Below are positions 32,497 through 41,730 of a stretch of DNA of 64,000 nucleotides, one piece after another; the first letter of the stretch is position 1; each line of letters begins with the position of its first letter. Under the pieces are notes generated by a model. That model saw nothing but the letters and a program-made list of their open reading frames with translations, did no database searches and was not told where the DNA came from. Both the position numbers and the translations under genes were made by a program. Source of the DNA: a virus; IMG/VR virus record IMGVR_UViG_3300042478_002320, positions 1 to 64,000 of that record, one strand, 5' to 3'.

Positions 32497-32749
32497 GTTC
32501 TACTCCTTTAAAATAATCATTTACTGTTGTAATATAATCAGCTGCCAAAGTTATTTTGGATTGAACCCAAGATGGTAGTTCGTCAGTGCTTTGTAGTTTT
32601 TTATAGATCTCATATGAGTTTTGTACTACACTCTTGATTTGAGATTTTGCCATTTCGGATTCGTAGTCATCTTCCAAAAAATTTGAAACATCTTCGGTAT
32701 CTGTATAGAAGTTTTTTAAGTTTGAAAGTATATACTCTTCTAATTTCAT
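32489..32749 (-). CDS. Conserved hypothetical phage protein
   Basis: DYESEMAKSQ...LPSWVQSKITLAADY. Confidence 0.6.
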   Translation of the reverse strand: MKLEEYILSNLKNFYTDTEDVSNFLEDDYESEMAKSQIKSVVQNSYEIYKKLQSTDELPSWVQSKITLAADYITTVNDYFKGVEHD

Positions 32750-33303
32750 ATTGTTTGTTTTTTTAATAGTTTTCTATTCTTTAAAAGTTTTAATAAATTC
32801 AATAATATAGAAATTATAGTAACAGCAGTAACTACATATTGAGCTATACCTCCTGTAAATTGCTCATCAGCTGCATTTGATGCTAAATCTTGTAAATATT
32901 GTTTTATTACATATTTTACAATTGTCATAACTTTAGTATTTCTAATACCTAATAGAAATACTACTTTATATATAACTTTATCAAGAATGTTATTAGCTTC
33001 TAAAAGCTCTATCTCATTTATATCAATATCAATGTCTTTTAATAAGTCACTTGATATTTTCTCTATCTTGCTAAAATCAATCTTGTTACTTGATAGTTCT
33101 TCATCTAACGATATTACTTTACCGAATTTACTATTTAACTTGGAAACAATATTAGGTTCATTTTGTAACAAATCATATGCAAGACCTATAAATTTCTTAT
33201 CATTTAATAGATTGTCCGTTAATTTTTCCAAACCACTCTGAACATCTGAATCTATCTTAATATTTTCAGATAATATTATTTTTGCAATATTAGATAGTTT
33301 CAT
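32746..33303 (-). CDS. Hypothetical late protein with C-terminal TM
   Basis: MKLSNIAKIILSE; hydrophobic C-terminal helix. Confidence 0.55.
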   Translation of the reverse strand: MKLSNIAKIILSENIKIDSDVQSGLEKLTDNLLNDKKFIGLAYDLLQNEPNIVSKLNSKFGKVISLDEELSSNKIDFSKIEKISSDLLKDIDIDINEIELLEANNILDKVIYKVVFLLGIRNTKVMTIVKYVIKQYLQDLASNAADEQFTGGIAQYVVTAVTIISILLNLLKLLKNRKLLKKQTI

Positions 33304-33314
33304 ATATTCAGTAT

Positions 33315-33800
33315 TTATAAAACTTTAAAAGATTTACCATTCAACATAGTATTTATGCTAATTTTAGAATTTGGATTAATTTCTTTAACTATTGAAAGCA
33401 GCAGCATTACACCACTTTTATCAGTACCTACAAATTCATAATCAGTATCTTTCCAATTATATGGATCCAAAGTATAATAATCATTTTTGAAACTATAGAC
33501 AAAAGCTCTAACCTCAGATATGTATATTGGTTTTGTTCTTAGAGATACTACTAAATCACCTTTAGGATCTAAATATAATGCTCCTACTTTATGAATTACT
33601 TTTTCATTTTCTAAAGTTTGTTTAGATCTATTTGGTCTTAATCTATTTGTTTTTATGTTGAAGTATAGATTTATTTCATCTCCCAAAAATTTATATAATT
33701 TCTTCTTAACTTCATCCTTGGTTACATTTTCTACAATACGATTGTATCCTAAGTTATTCTTAATATTTTGTAATACTGTTGTTATAATTTTGTTGTTCAT
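33315..33800 (-). CDS. Hypothetical protein
   Basis: 161 aa ORF. Confidence 0.55.
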   Translation of the reverse strand: MNNKIITTVLQNIKNNLGYNRIVENVTKDEVKKKLYKFLGDEINLYFNIKTNRLRPNRSKQTLENEKVIHKVGALYLDPKGDLVVSLRTKPIYISEVRAFVYSFKNDYYTLDPYNWKDTDYEFVGTDKSGVMLLLSIVKEINPNSKISINTMLNGKSFKVL

Positions 33801-33809
33801 ATATTTGTT

Positions 33810-34577
33810 TTAATTTTTTAATCTACCTCGTAAAGATCTACCAATACTTTTCAATCTACTTCTAAAAGATGATATTGCTTTAGCAACTCCTGATTTAGGT
33901 TTTGACGTTTGTGTAGGTTCTATTATTTTTTTAGCACTCGAAGATAATCTAAATTTAGATTCTTTTTCTTTCTTAATACTTTCTGATGTAAATGTTTTTT
34001 TCTTTTTAAGTTCTTTTATAGCTTTTTCTTTTCGTTCGTCTGAAATCTTTTTTAAGTCTATTCTTTGCTGTTCTTTCAATCTCTCTTCACGTTTCAATTC
34101 AAAAATAGTTTTAGAGTTTTCCGCAACTGACTTCGGAGTTATGAATAGAAGAGTTCTTACAAAGGTATCATCAGGGCCACCTCCATTATACTTAGGAATT
34201 GACAATGAGAAATTCTTATCTTTTAATACTTTTATGTCTCTCATCCTACTCAACATAAAAGTTCTCCAACCATGCTTCGAGAATCCTTTTCTTGATACAG
34301 ATGGTGGTTCAACATGTATTCTTATGAGTAAGTTACCTCTTTTGGATATACCTATGGCAACAGGCTTCCCTTTTACTCTTTTACCTGCTTTAACAGGTTC
34401 TCTAACATAAGGTCTATCTGTTGGATTCCTACCTGTTCTTGGAGGAATAGTGCTGTACTTTTTAGGCCCTGAGTATAGAAATTCTATAATATTCAGATTC
34501 TGAATTGCGTCTATTATCGGAATAGCTTGTTTTGTTTTAAGTAACAACGGATCTAAACCTTTTCTATTGATAGCCAT
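33810..34577 (-). CDS. WYL-domain protein with basic C-terminal tail
   Basis: IEFLYSG, R..PVAIG...GN.L, GWRTFMLSRM. Confidence 0.7.
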   Translation of the reverse strand: MAINRKGLDPLLLKTKQAIPIIDAIQNLNIIEFLYSGPKKYSTIPPRTGRNPTDRPYVREPVKAGKRVKGKPVAIGISKRGNLLIRIHVEPPSVSRKGFSKHGWRTFMLSRMRDIKVLKDKNFSLSIPKYNGGGPDDTFVRTLLFITPKSVAENSKTIFELKREERLKEQQRIDLKKISDERKEKAIKELKKKKTFTSESIKKEKESKFRLSSSAKKIIEPTQTSKPKSGVAKAISSFRSRLKSIGRSLRGRLKN

Positions 34578-34898
34578 ATTATATAGTATGCATTTTATAA
34601 TAAATAGATATAATTTACTTAAATAAACTACATTTTATAGTAAGTAAGTAAATAATTTTAAAGGTTTTATAATAACTATCAAAAAAAATACAAGAATAAT
34701 TTGGATTTGTAAAAGTGTTGTATTAGTTTTGTATAAAATTACAGTTATATGATACAGGATAGATTGGATAGTTATAATCAAGATCATTGTTGGCAGTATG
34801 ATATTAGATTAAATAACTTTGATGATGACTTAAAAACATGTGGATTAACTAAAGACTATATCCAAAAAAAAGAGGTTCTTAATTAAAATAAATAAACT

Positions 34899-35156
34899 AT
34901 GTTTGATTACAATGATTTAACACCAAAGCCTATATCAATTGATAGTCTAAATGATTCTTATATAGGTAAGAAAGTATTTTATAAAACCGATTGGAAAACT
35001 ATAGGTGTTCCTTATGAGAAAGGCATTATAACATCTTTTAACTCAAAGTATGTATTTGTTGATTTCACAGGTAATGGACATGGAGTGGCTTGTAGAGCTC
35101 AAGATCTATTGCTAACTCCAAAAGCTCAAGATTTTGATTTACCCCAAAAACATTAA
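34899..35156 (+). CDS. Hypothetical protein
   Basis: 85 aa SH3-like pattern. Confidence 0.55.
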   Translation: MFDYNDLTPKPISIDSLNDSYIGKKVFYKTDWKTIGVPYEKGIITSFNSKYVFVDFTGNGHGVACRAQDLLLTPKAQDFDLPQKH

Positions 35157-35230
35157 CAAATTATTAACATTAGTATGTTTGTAATGTTTGTATTATTTAT
35201 TAATTTTGTTTTATTAAATTTCAAAAAGTT

Positions 35231-36010
35231 ATGGAAAGTTTATTTAGTTCGTATAAACAAGCATTAAAACTTAAAGAATTAGGTTTTGATGAACCTTGTC
35301 TATATCAATATGTTAGAGATGCTGATAATAATGGGGAATTGATACCTATTATATCAGAAACAAATTACCCTATTGTTAGAGATAATAATCAAGTTTTTAT
35401 TTGTAGCGGAGGAGATTGTTTTGCAGCACCACTAAACTCACAAGCTTTTAGTTGGATTAGAGAGAACTATGGATTGTGTCATTTTATTAATTTTAGTGGA
35501 AAGAATTACTGTAGTGGGTGGGAAGATAGAGATTTCAATGAGTTTGGATATAAAATCTATAATACATATCAAGAAGCAGAATCTCAATGTTTAACTAAGT
35601 TACTAAAATTTGTGAAGAAGATTCAAAAAGAATCTTCAAAAAATATTGACATTGCAGATTCTGAAGATTTAGATTTTAATAAACTAAATAGTACAGATAA
35701 GAATATTATTATTGATTCTAAACTTACCAAAAAGATAGATTTGACTAAAGATGAATTTCAATATCTATCAAATGATAAGAAAGCTGAGTATATTAATGAC
35801 TTTTCTAAATCAGGATTTCATATGCAAAAGTGGTTGTGGAACCAAGCATCAGATAGTCAAAAATCTATGTATATACAATGTAGAATTGATAAGCAATACA
35901 AACTACAAGATTACGAATTCTATTACGCCTCAGAATCTCAGAAAGATACTTATATAGGTAATAGAATTAAGAATGGGTATAATTGGAAGGAATCTTCTCA
36001 AACAATTTAG
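35231..36010 (+). CDS. Hypothetical protein, paralog of 37843..38184 with C-terminal extension
   Basis: Y.QAL.LKELGFDEPC...APL..Q.F.W.RE.YG...TY.EAE..C..KL. Confidence 0.65.
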   Translation: MESLFSSYKQALKLKELGFDEPCLYQYVRDADNNGELIPIISETNYPIVRDNNQVFICSGGDCFAAPLNSQAFSWIRENYGLCHFINFSGKNYCSGWEDRDFNEFGYKIYNTYQEAESQCLTKLLKFVKKIQKESSKNIDIADSEDLDFNKLNSTDKNIIIDSKLTKKIDLTKDEFQYLSNDKKAEYINDFSKSGFHMQKWLWNQASDSQKSMYIQCRIDKQYKLQDYEFYYASESQKDTYIGNRIKNGYNWKESSQTI

Positions 36011-36018
36011 TACGGAAC

Positions 36019-36142
36019 AGTCAGGTGGTGGAATGGAAGACACTGAAAAACTGTAATGAGGTTTGCCAATCCTCACGTTAAACAAAAAAGGTATCAGCGC
36101 AGAAGTGCGGAAGCATTGCAGGTTCAAATCCTGTCCTGACTA
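36019..36142 (+). ncRNA. tRNA-like RNA 1 (expanded anticodon domain)
   Basis: AGTCAGG/CCTGACT acceptor, GGTGGAATGGAAGACAC D arm, GCAGG-TTCAAAT-CCTGT T arm; about 74 nt insert with hairpins. Confidence 0.75.
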
Positions 36143-36217
36143 CTAAAAACATATTTGGAATTCTAAAAACTTTGTTCTATATTTGTAATATAGTTAACAG
36201 CAAAAAAAAACAAAAGT

Positions 36218-36604
36218 ATGGAAAATATTTTTAAAATTGCAAAATATGAAGCTACGGAAATCGGCTTCAACCATATTGGTTATGACGATTACAAAATCAC
36301 ATATCATAAAGGTAAAAAATCACATCAAATCAGAATAGTTGTTGATGGTTTTATAACAAATCGAGTTATAAATTTAATTGATGGTAATTCGGGTTATAGA
36401 AATCAAATACTATCAGCAATTAGTGATGTCAAAAATGCTAAAATCGATTTAACGCAAAAACAATCCGAAAAAAATAAAGTAACATTACGTTACATTGAAA
36501 CATTTTATAATAAACTAATTGTTAACAATGTTAAGAGCTATTTAATAGGAATTAGCAAAGAGGAAAGCAGAGACATACTAACGATACATAAATTAATATC
36601 TTAA
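36218..36604 (+). CDS. Hypothetical protein
   Basis: 128 aa; own TATATTTG promoter at 36178. Confidence 0.6.
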   Translation: MENIFKIAKYEATEIGFNHIGYDDYKITYHKGKKSHQIRIVVDGFITNRVINLIDGNSGYRNQILSAISDVKNAKIDLTQKQSEKNKVTLRYIETFYNKLIVNNVKSYLIGISKEESRDILTIHKLIS

Positions 36605-36633
36605 AAAAAGCTACTAACAAAATTATATAAAAA

Positions 36634-36957
36634 ATGGTATTTCAAAAACTAAAAAGAGTGTGGTCTCATAATGATATGAACTACATACCTAAATTCAGTG
36701 AAACTTTTCCTGAGTTAAACAAATTATCATACGAAGAAATGTGTGAGAGGTGGAAATCACTTGGAATTAAGTTTTACTCAGAAGAGAAAACAGAAATTAG
36801 TGTATGGATAAGATTTACATTACCTTTTGCATTTATCCTTTTTTTACTAATGTTTTTCTCTTTACCTTTAGTATTTATGATCAGAGGAAAATGGAGCTAT
36901 CCTCATGGCAAAAATAATTTAATACTAAATTGGTTTCGTTCTTTAGGATTAGAGTGA
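36634..36957 (+). CDS. Hypothetical membrane protein
   Basis: 107 aa with one TM segment. Confidence 0.6.
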   Translation: MVFQKLKRVWSHNDMNYIPKFSETFPELNKLSYEEMCERWKSLGIKFYSEEKTEISVWIRFTLPFAFILFLLMFFSLPLVFMIRGKWSYPHGKNNLILNWFRSLGLE

Positions 36958-36973
36958 GTTGAAAATAATATAT

Positions 36974-37050
36974 GGTCAGGTGGGCGTAATGAGGAACGGT
37001 TCCGAGTCCATTTAATGGTTGCTTATCAGGTTCGAATCCTGCCCTGACTA
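36974..37050 (+). tRNA. tRNA-like RNA 2 (non-canonical, anticodon undetermined)
   Basis: GGTCAGG/CCTGACT acceptor, CAGG-TTCGAAT-CCTG T arm; weak D arm and anticodon stem. Confidence 0.6.
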
Positions 37051-37143
37051 CAAATGTGTTGTTCCCTTGAGAAAGGAATCTCGTAAGTTCAAAAAAAAAG
37101 TCCGTAATGTAACTCAACACAGAGGGGTTCTCTCCCTCAAAAT

Positions 37144-37258
37144 AGTCAGGTGGCGGAATGGTAACGCAGGGGAAACCCGAGGGGATGTCACAGATGAGTG
37201 TTAAGATGAGTTTGAATCTCAGCTTCTCCTATTACAGGTTCGAATCCTGTCCTGACTA
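37144..37258 (+). ncRNA. tRNA-like RNA 3 (expanded anticodon domain)
   Basis: AGTCAGG/CCTGACT, GGCGGAATGGTAACGC D arm, ACAGG-TTCGAAT-CCTGT; insert with GGGAAACCC and TGAG/CTCA hairpins. Confidence 0.75.
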
Positions 37259-37321
37259 CGCAAAAAACATAAGATGGAGTTTCCTTGCCTTGTAAAAGGT
37301 GGGTTTTAAAAATCTAAAGAC

Positions 37322-37394
37322 AGTCAGGTAGCTCAATGGTAGAGCGGGTGCGTAATAGTAGTTGCCGTAGCAGGTTCGATTCCTGTCCTGACCA
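37322..37394 (+). tRNA. tRNA-like RNA 4 (canonical size, degenerate anticodon arm)
   Basis: AGTCAGG/CCTGACC, GCTC-AATGGTA-GAGC D arm, GCAGG-TTCGATT-CCTGT; anticodon stem does not pair canonically. Confidence 0.7.
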
Positions 37395-37415
37395 CTAAAC
37401 TAAAAACCAAAAATA

Positions 37416-37652
37416 ATGTTAGGAAAATTAATCATTGTTACACTTTATGTCTATGTATGTATTCCTCTTTCAAATGGAGGTAAGGAAGAGTATATAGAAA
37501 GGGCAGGAAGAGCCTCTTTTGAAGTACGAGGTACATTCACTAATACTGACTCTCTAATAATGGAGACTGTCAAAAAGTATGGAGTTGATCTCCAATATAA
37601 CTCAGTTAAGACTGAGATAGAGACATTAAGGATTAAATGTGAATGTAATTAA
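37416..37652 (+). CDS. Small hypothetical protein with hydrophobic N-terminus
   Basis: 78 aa between tRNA-like RNAs. Confidence 0.5.
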   Translation: MLGKLIIVTLYVYVCIPLSNGGKEEYIERAGRASFEVRGTFTNTDSLIMETVKKYGVDLQYNSVKTEIETLRIKCECN

Positions 37653-37669
37653 AAGTAATTATATTGTAT

Positions 37670-37797
37670 GGCAAGGTGGCGTGGCGGGAGGACGCAGGAG
37701 CACTATACGTTGGGTCGAGACTAACCTACTGAAAAGTAGTAATTTAAGAGATAAAAATGGGTTCTGTCTGTGGGTTCGAATCCCACCCTTGCTGCCA
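37670..37797 (+). ncRNA. tRNA-like RNA 5 with encoded CCA
   Basis: GGCAAGG/CCTTGCT acceptor, G discriminator + CCA, GTGGG-TTCGAAT-CCCAC T arm, long insert with CTACT-GAAA-AGTAG hairpin. Confidence 0.75.
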
Positions 37798-37842
37798 TAT
37801 AGTAATCAAAATCAAAATAAATGAACAAAAAAACATTAAATC

Positions 37843-38184
37843 ATGAAAAATGAATTCATTCCATACGAACAAGCGTTGGAACTAAAAGAACTTGGATTTG
37901 ATGAACCCTGTTTTGGTAAATTTTACTATAGTCATTTAGAAATTGGAGGAAATTGGCGTAATGATGATTTTAAAGAAGACCCTGATATTTTTATTTCGGC
38001 ACCACTATACCAACAAGTTTTTCGTTGGTTTAGAGAGAAGTATGGTGTTTATTTTCACCCACAAAAATTCGATGAAAGTAGATGGTGGATTCAATGGGGT
38101 TATTGGAATAGTTCTGTTTTCGAAACCTATGAAGAGGCTGAACTTGAATGTGTTAACAAATTAATAGAAATAGCGAAACTATGA
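37843..38184 (+). CDS. Hypothetical protein, paralog of 35231..36010 N-terminus
   Basis: YEQALELKELGFDEPC. Confidence 0.7.
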   Translation: MKNEFIPYEQALELKELGFDEPCFGKFYYSHLEIGGNWRNDDFKEDPDIFISAPLYQQVFRWFREKYGVYFHPQKFDESRWWIQWGYWNSSVFETYEEAELECVNKLIEIAKL

Positions 38185-38327
38185 ACATAGAAATAAGTTG
38201 GAATCATTTAGGAGGCAGTTGGTGGTTTGAATTAGGCATAGGTTGTCAGACAACAGAATATCATCCCAATAAGAAAATGGTATTTACGATATCTTTAGGT
38301 ATTGCTACTATTTATGTTAGATGGTAA
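38181..38327 (+). CDS. Small hypothetical protein (48 aa)
   Basis: ATGA overlap; MNIEISWNHLGGSWWFELGIG... Confidence 0.5.
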   Translation: MNIEISWNHLGGSWWFELGIGCQTTEYHPNKKMVFTISLGIATIYVRW

Positions 38328-38484
38328 AATCACAACATATTTGAATAACGGTGATAATCACTGTAGAATACTAAAATTTCAGACAAAAAACATTAACATA
38401 ACATTAACAAAATTAAAATTGACTATTTATAAAAAATAGATCATCTTTGCAGAGTCAAATTTTTTGAGTTACAAATCAACAAAC

Positions 38485-39438
38485 ATGAGTAAAATTGAAA
38501 AACTAACTCCTGAACAGGAGTCCAAATTAGAGTCTCACAGAGATAAGTGGTTGAGCAAGGTATTTAATTACGAATACTATAATAACCATGATGCTGCTAA
38601 AACAGAAGTTTCTATTAAGAAACTTTACAAATTCTGCGGGTTGTCAGAACCTGAAGTAATGCTTTTAGACAGCCCGATGGCTTGTCAAGTAAAAGTCAAT
38701 GAGTTATTAGGAAATGAAACTATGGTTTACGAACCGTTCTCATCCTACATCAACGTTGATGACATTTCTTGGCTATCCTTTTACAGCTTTTTTATGGACA
38801 ATTTTGATATCTTAGATGAGTTCAAAAAAGATTTCAACTTAATATCAGAATGTGTTGAGAACAGTTACCTTCAAATCCAAATGGATACTGTATGTTTAGT
38901 GTCTAAATATCCAAAGATAATAAACAGAAATGCCAACAAAGATTTACATTGTACAACAGGATACGCAATTGAGTTTGCAGATGGATATGGACAACACTAT
39001 GTAAACGGAAGATTTATTGAAGAGTCTGTATTCAATGAATGTATGACCTTAGAGAATGCTACGATTTTATTTCATACTCAGACTAATGAAGACATCAAAG
39101 CAGGAATTATTACAATAATCAAAGAGAATTTCGGTAACGAAGGTTTACTCAAGATGTTAGATGCTACTTTAGTTGATGAGAAGACTATTAAGCATGAAAA
39201 TGACTACGAGGAGATTGTTAGAATTTATAAGAGTAATAAATCTTATTCATTCTTACAGAATAGTAAAGGAGAGATGGATCAGCCATATGCATGGATTGAA
39301 TTCACTTGTCCGAGTACTAAATCTACTTATCTTATTGACACCTGCCCAACTTTTTCGGATGCAGTAGAATGTGCCAAATGGCATAGACCAAACAATGTAC
39401 CAAGTAGCCTTAGTTATATTTGGAGTTCAGCAAATTAA
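38485..39438 (+). CDS. DUF6745-like protein (no internal QV-repeat insert)
   Basis: KLTPEQ...W, P.V...DSP, WLSFYSFF, LHCTTGYAIEFADG...YVNG, FTCPST...Y; ATG at 38485 preferred over TTG 38464. Confidence 0.7.
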   Translation: MSKIEKLTPEQESKLESHRDKWLSKVFNYEYYNNHDAAKTEVSIKKLYKFCGLSEPEVMLLDSPMACQVKVNELLGNETMVYEPFSSYINVDDISWLSFYSFFMDNFDILDEFKKDFNLISECVENSYLQIQMDTVCLVSKYPKIINRNANKDLHCTTGYAIEFADGYGQHYVNGRFIEESVFNECMTLENATILFHTQTNEDIKAGIITIIKENFGNEGLLKMLDATLVDEKTIKHENDYEEIVRIYKSNKSYSFLQNSKGEMDQPYAWIEFTCPSTKSTYLIDTCPTFSDAVECAKWHRPNNVPSSLSYIWSSAN

Positions 39439-39452
39439 AATTAAAAAAAATT

Positions 39453-39842
39453 ATGAAAAGTAAGTTAAATTTCGACAAGAAGTCCTTTCACCAAGGAGAT
39501 GTTCAATTTTTCCAATTGAATAAACTACCGAAAGGCATTAAGAAGATTGAGAAGCAATTTATTGCTGCATCGGAAAGATCAGGAAGCTTTCATGCCCTAT
39601 TCGGAAATTATGACATCTACGAATTTGAGGATGGAGGATTCGTAATCGATGCTCACGAAGAATGCATCTTGAATCATTCATTACAATCAGAGCTAAGGGG
39701 TTTAGGCGTTAGTTTAGACAAAGCTATGATTACAGCTAAAAAAGACCATAGGCACACTGTTGTCCCTCCGGGTAAATACTTCGTTGGTATTCAAACAAGG
39801 TTTGATCCTTTAGAGAATGCAAAGAAGAATGTAACTGACTAA
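39453..39842 (+). CDS. QGDV-motif His-rich partner protein of DUF6745-like gene
   Basis: HQGDV, A.SE.SG..H, LNH, H..V..PG.Y.V..Q..FDP; ATG at 39453. Confidence 0.7.
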   Translation: MKSKLNFDKKSFHQGDVQFFQLNKLPKGIKKIEKQFIAASERSGSFHALFGNYDIYEFEDGGFVIDAHEECILNHSLQSELRGLGVSLDKAMITAKKDHRHTVVPPGKYFVGIQTRFDPLENAKKNVTD

Positions 39843-39863
39843 ATTTTAATTTGTTTGTTGTAA

Positions 39864-39905
39864 GTGTAAGGGGCATATATTGTATTAACATATATGCTCC
39901 TTCAC
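39864..39905 (+). other. Long stem-loop between QGDV gene and miniprotein array (no U-tract)
   Basis: GTG(T)AAGGGGCATATA pairs with TATATGCTCCTTCAC. Confidence 0.6.
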
Positions 39906-39921
39906 ATAAAAGCACATAGTT

Positions 39922-40140
39922 ATGGAAAATATAAATGATATTCTATTATCGCATATTCATAAAGTTAGAGATAAGCTATATGTTATAATAGGCACTCCTC
40001 AATCAGATGGAAATTATTTTAATGATACCATTGAAACAGATTTAGATATAAATTCTGATAATTTTGATACTATGAGTAATCAATTATGGGGAGATGTTGG
40101 TGATAATCTTAGGAGGTCTTTTCTCAAAAATACTAAATAG
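39922..40140 (+). CDS. QV-array miniprotein (divergent)
   Basis: MENI..NQLWGDV. Confidence 0.65.
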   Translation: MENINDILLSHIHKVRDKLYVIIGTPQSDGNYFNDTIETDLDINSDNFDTMSNQLWGDVGDNLRRSFLKNTK

Positions 40141-40142
40141 TT

Positions 40143-40343
40143 ATGAAAAATTTGCGAGAGGACATTCACGAAATCTTAGTCTACACCATTTTAAAAGAAA
40201 TGTGGGAAGAATCTAATACTAAAATAGTATTCTTTAAGATAGTAGAAGTTGAATATCATATCAAAGATAAAGTATCAGATCAATTATATCATAATATAGC
40301 TCTAAACCTAAGTGATGAAATCGATAAAAGATATAATCTTTAA
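40143..40343 (+). CDS. QV-array miniprotein (divergent)
   Basis: MKNL..KVSDQLY. Confidence 0.65.
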   Translation: MKNLREDIHEILVYTILKEMWEESNTKIVFFKIVEVEYHIKDKVSDQLYHNIALNLSDEIDKRYNL

Positions 40344-40563
40344 AAAATTAAGGAGTGGTATTATAGAGAATATTGATAATTCATTGAATACAGATATTCT
40401 ATCAGGAAGTGTAAAAGTTATCGTAATCATTACACTAATGCATAAAATTAAGGATGAGATGTGGATACACTATAGTATAGAAATCCAAATTAATTCAGCA
40501 TTAAATCGTGTTTTATATCCTCAAGGAAATCTTTTTAATCAATATCTACGAAAACCTGTATGA
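40315..40563 (+). CDS. QV-array miniprotein (divergent)
   Basis: MKSI..; ATG at 40315. Confidence 0.6.
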   Translation: MKSIKDIIFKKLRSGIIENIDNSLNTDILSGSVKVIVIITLMHKIKDEMWIHYSIEIQINSALNRVLYPQGNLFNQYLRKPV

Positions 40564-40745
40564 ATAAAATAGAAGACTACAGTGATATTATATGTAAAAA
40601 ATTTACTAATCCTATGAATGAGGCTTTAGTTAGTAGAGTATCAATTAAAGCTCAATCTTTAATTAGTTTCTATACATCTAAACCTACTATGAATCAGATT
40701 TGGAGTCAACTGTTTTTTACGGTTAAGCAGAATGTAAAACTATGA
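40560..40745 (+). CDS. QV-array miniprotein
   Basis: NQIWSQL..VKQNVKL. Confidence 0.7.
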   Translation: MNKIEDYSDIICKKFTNPMNEALVSRVSIKAQSLISFYTSKPTMNQIWSQLFFTVKQNVKL

Positions 40746-40749
40746 AAAT

Positions 40750-40977
40750 ATGAAAAACATAAGTAGTAGAATTAGAATTAGATGTTATGAATCACTTCAT
40801 AGTCTTATAAAAAAAATTGATAATAATGTAAAATCAAAAGCAAAAGACAAAGTGACTGATGATGTAGAGGTAGAAATTAACTCTCAGATATGGGAAAAAT
40901 TGCTTGATGGATCTTTTCATGGAATAGCTAATGATTCCTATACTTTAAATCACAAAGTAAAAATTGACAATGACTAA
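40750..40977 (+). CDS. QV-array miniprotein
   Basis: MKNI..SQIWEKL. Confidence 0.65.
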   Translation: MKNISSRIRIRCYESLHSLIKKIDNNVKSKAKDKVTDDVEVEINSQIWEKLLDGSFHGIANDSYTLNHKVKIDND

Positions 40978-41164
40978 AATTATAAACGTTTCAAGTAAAC
41001 TAAGTGAATTTACAAATAAAGTAATTCGAGACAAAGGAACAATACCTATCCGAAACAATGTTGCTTTACGTACATATGATAGAACCTTAGTATATATGTG
41101 GGGTTATGTAAATTTCAATATGTCTGTAAGAAATAATATTAGGTGGTTTATAAACAAAGAATGA
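40970..41164 (+). CDS. QV-array miniprotein (divergent)
   Basis: ATG at 40970; YMWGYV..VRNNI. Confidence 0.6.
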   Translation: MTKIINVSSKLSEFTNKVIRDKGTIPIRNNVALRTYDRTLVYMWGYVNFNMSVRNNIRWFINKE

Positions 41165-41168
41165 AGTT

Positions 41169-41372
41169 ATGAAAAATATAGGCGCACAATTAGCAAGTCA
41201 CATAGATAGCAAAACTTATTCTTCACTTATTCATAATAAATTGAAGAATCATTCGAGTTCTATAATATGGGTACATATTTGGAATGCTATAAGGAGTCCT
41301 ATAGATAATGAAATATCATTAAGGATATGTGCAGAAATATTTCATAGAATACGAAAAGATATAGATTTATGA
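41169..41372 (+). CDS. QV-array miniprotein
   Basis: MKNI..IIWVHIWNAI. Confidence 0.65.
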   Translation: MKNIGAQLASHIDSKTYSSLIHNKLKNHSSSIIWVHIWNAIRSPIDNEISLRICAEIFHRIRKDIDL

Positions 41373-41533
41373 TAAATATAGAGCATATCCTATGGGATAA
41401 AATACTTGAACATTTCTCAGATAACATACTTAATCAAGTACATTCTGAAGTTCAGACTTATATACAGAATGAGATAGGAAATCCATTGTGGACTCAAATA
41501 GATGATAGAATAGGAATAATTATGAAGTCATGA
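41369..41533 (+). CDS. QV-array miniprotein (54 aa, not in track)
   Basis: MINIEHILWDKI..NQVHSEV..PLWTQI; ATGA overlaps both ends. Confidence 0.65.
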   Translation: MINIEHILWDKILEHFSDNILNQVHSEVQTYIQNEIGNPLWTQIDDRIGIIMKS

Positions 41534-41730
41534 AAAGCGTAAGTAACAAGATATTAGATAGATTGTCTGAGATTGAACTAACTACATTTTGGAATAAATC
41601 AGTTGAAATGACAAATTCTAAGGTATGGCATCAAGTGAGGATGAACCTAAAATCTCCTGTACAAAATGAACTAAATATTCAGCTATGGACTCAAATAGAA
41701 CGTGCAGTAAAGAGAAAAGTTAGTTTATGA
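41530..41730 (+). CDS. QV-array miniprotein
   Basis: MKSV..KVWHQV..QLWTQI. Confidence 0.7.
   Translation: MKSVSNKILDRLSEIELTTFWNKSVEMTNSKVWHQVRMNLKSPVQNELNIQLWTQIERAVKRKVSL

Noticed and set aside
36974-37050. Ochre (UUA) suppressor tRNA reading of element 2
   Set aside because: An ATTTAAT loop can be drawn, but the flanking anticodon stem has only two good pairs and spacing is non-canonical; TAA is the normal stop in this window.
36881-37824. ORFs 36881(-), 37019(+), 37639(+), and similarly 35930(-)
   Set aside because: They overlap the tRNA-like RNAs, have weak starts and no protein-like features.
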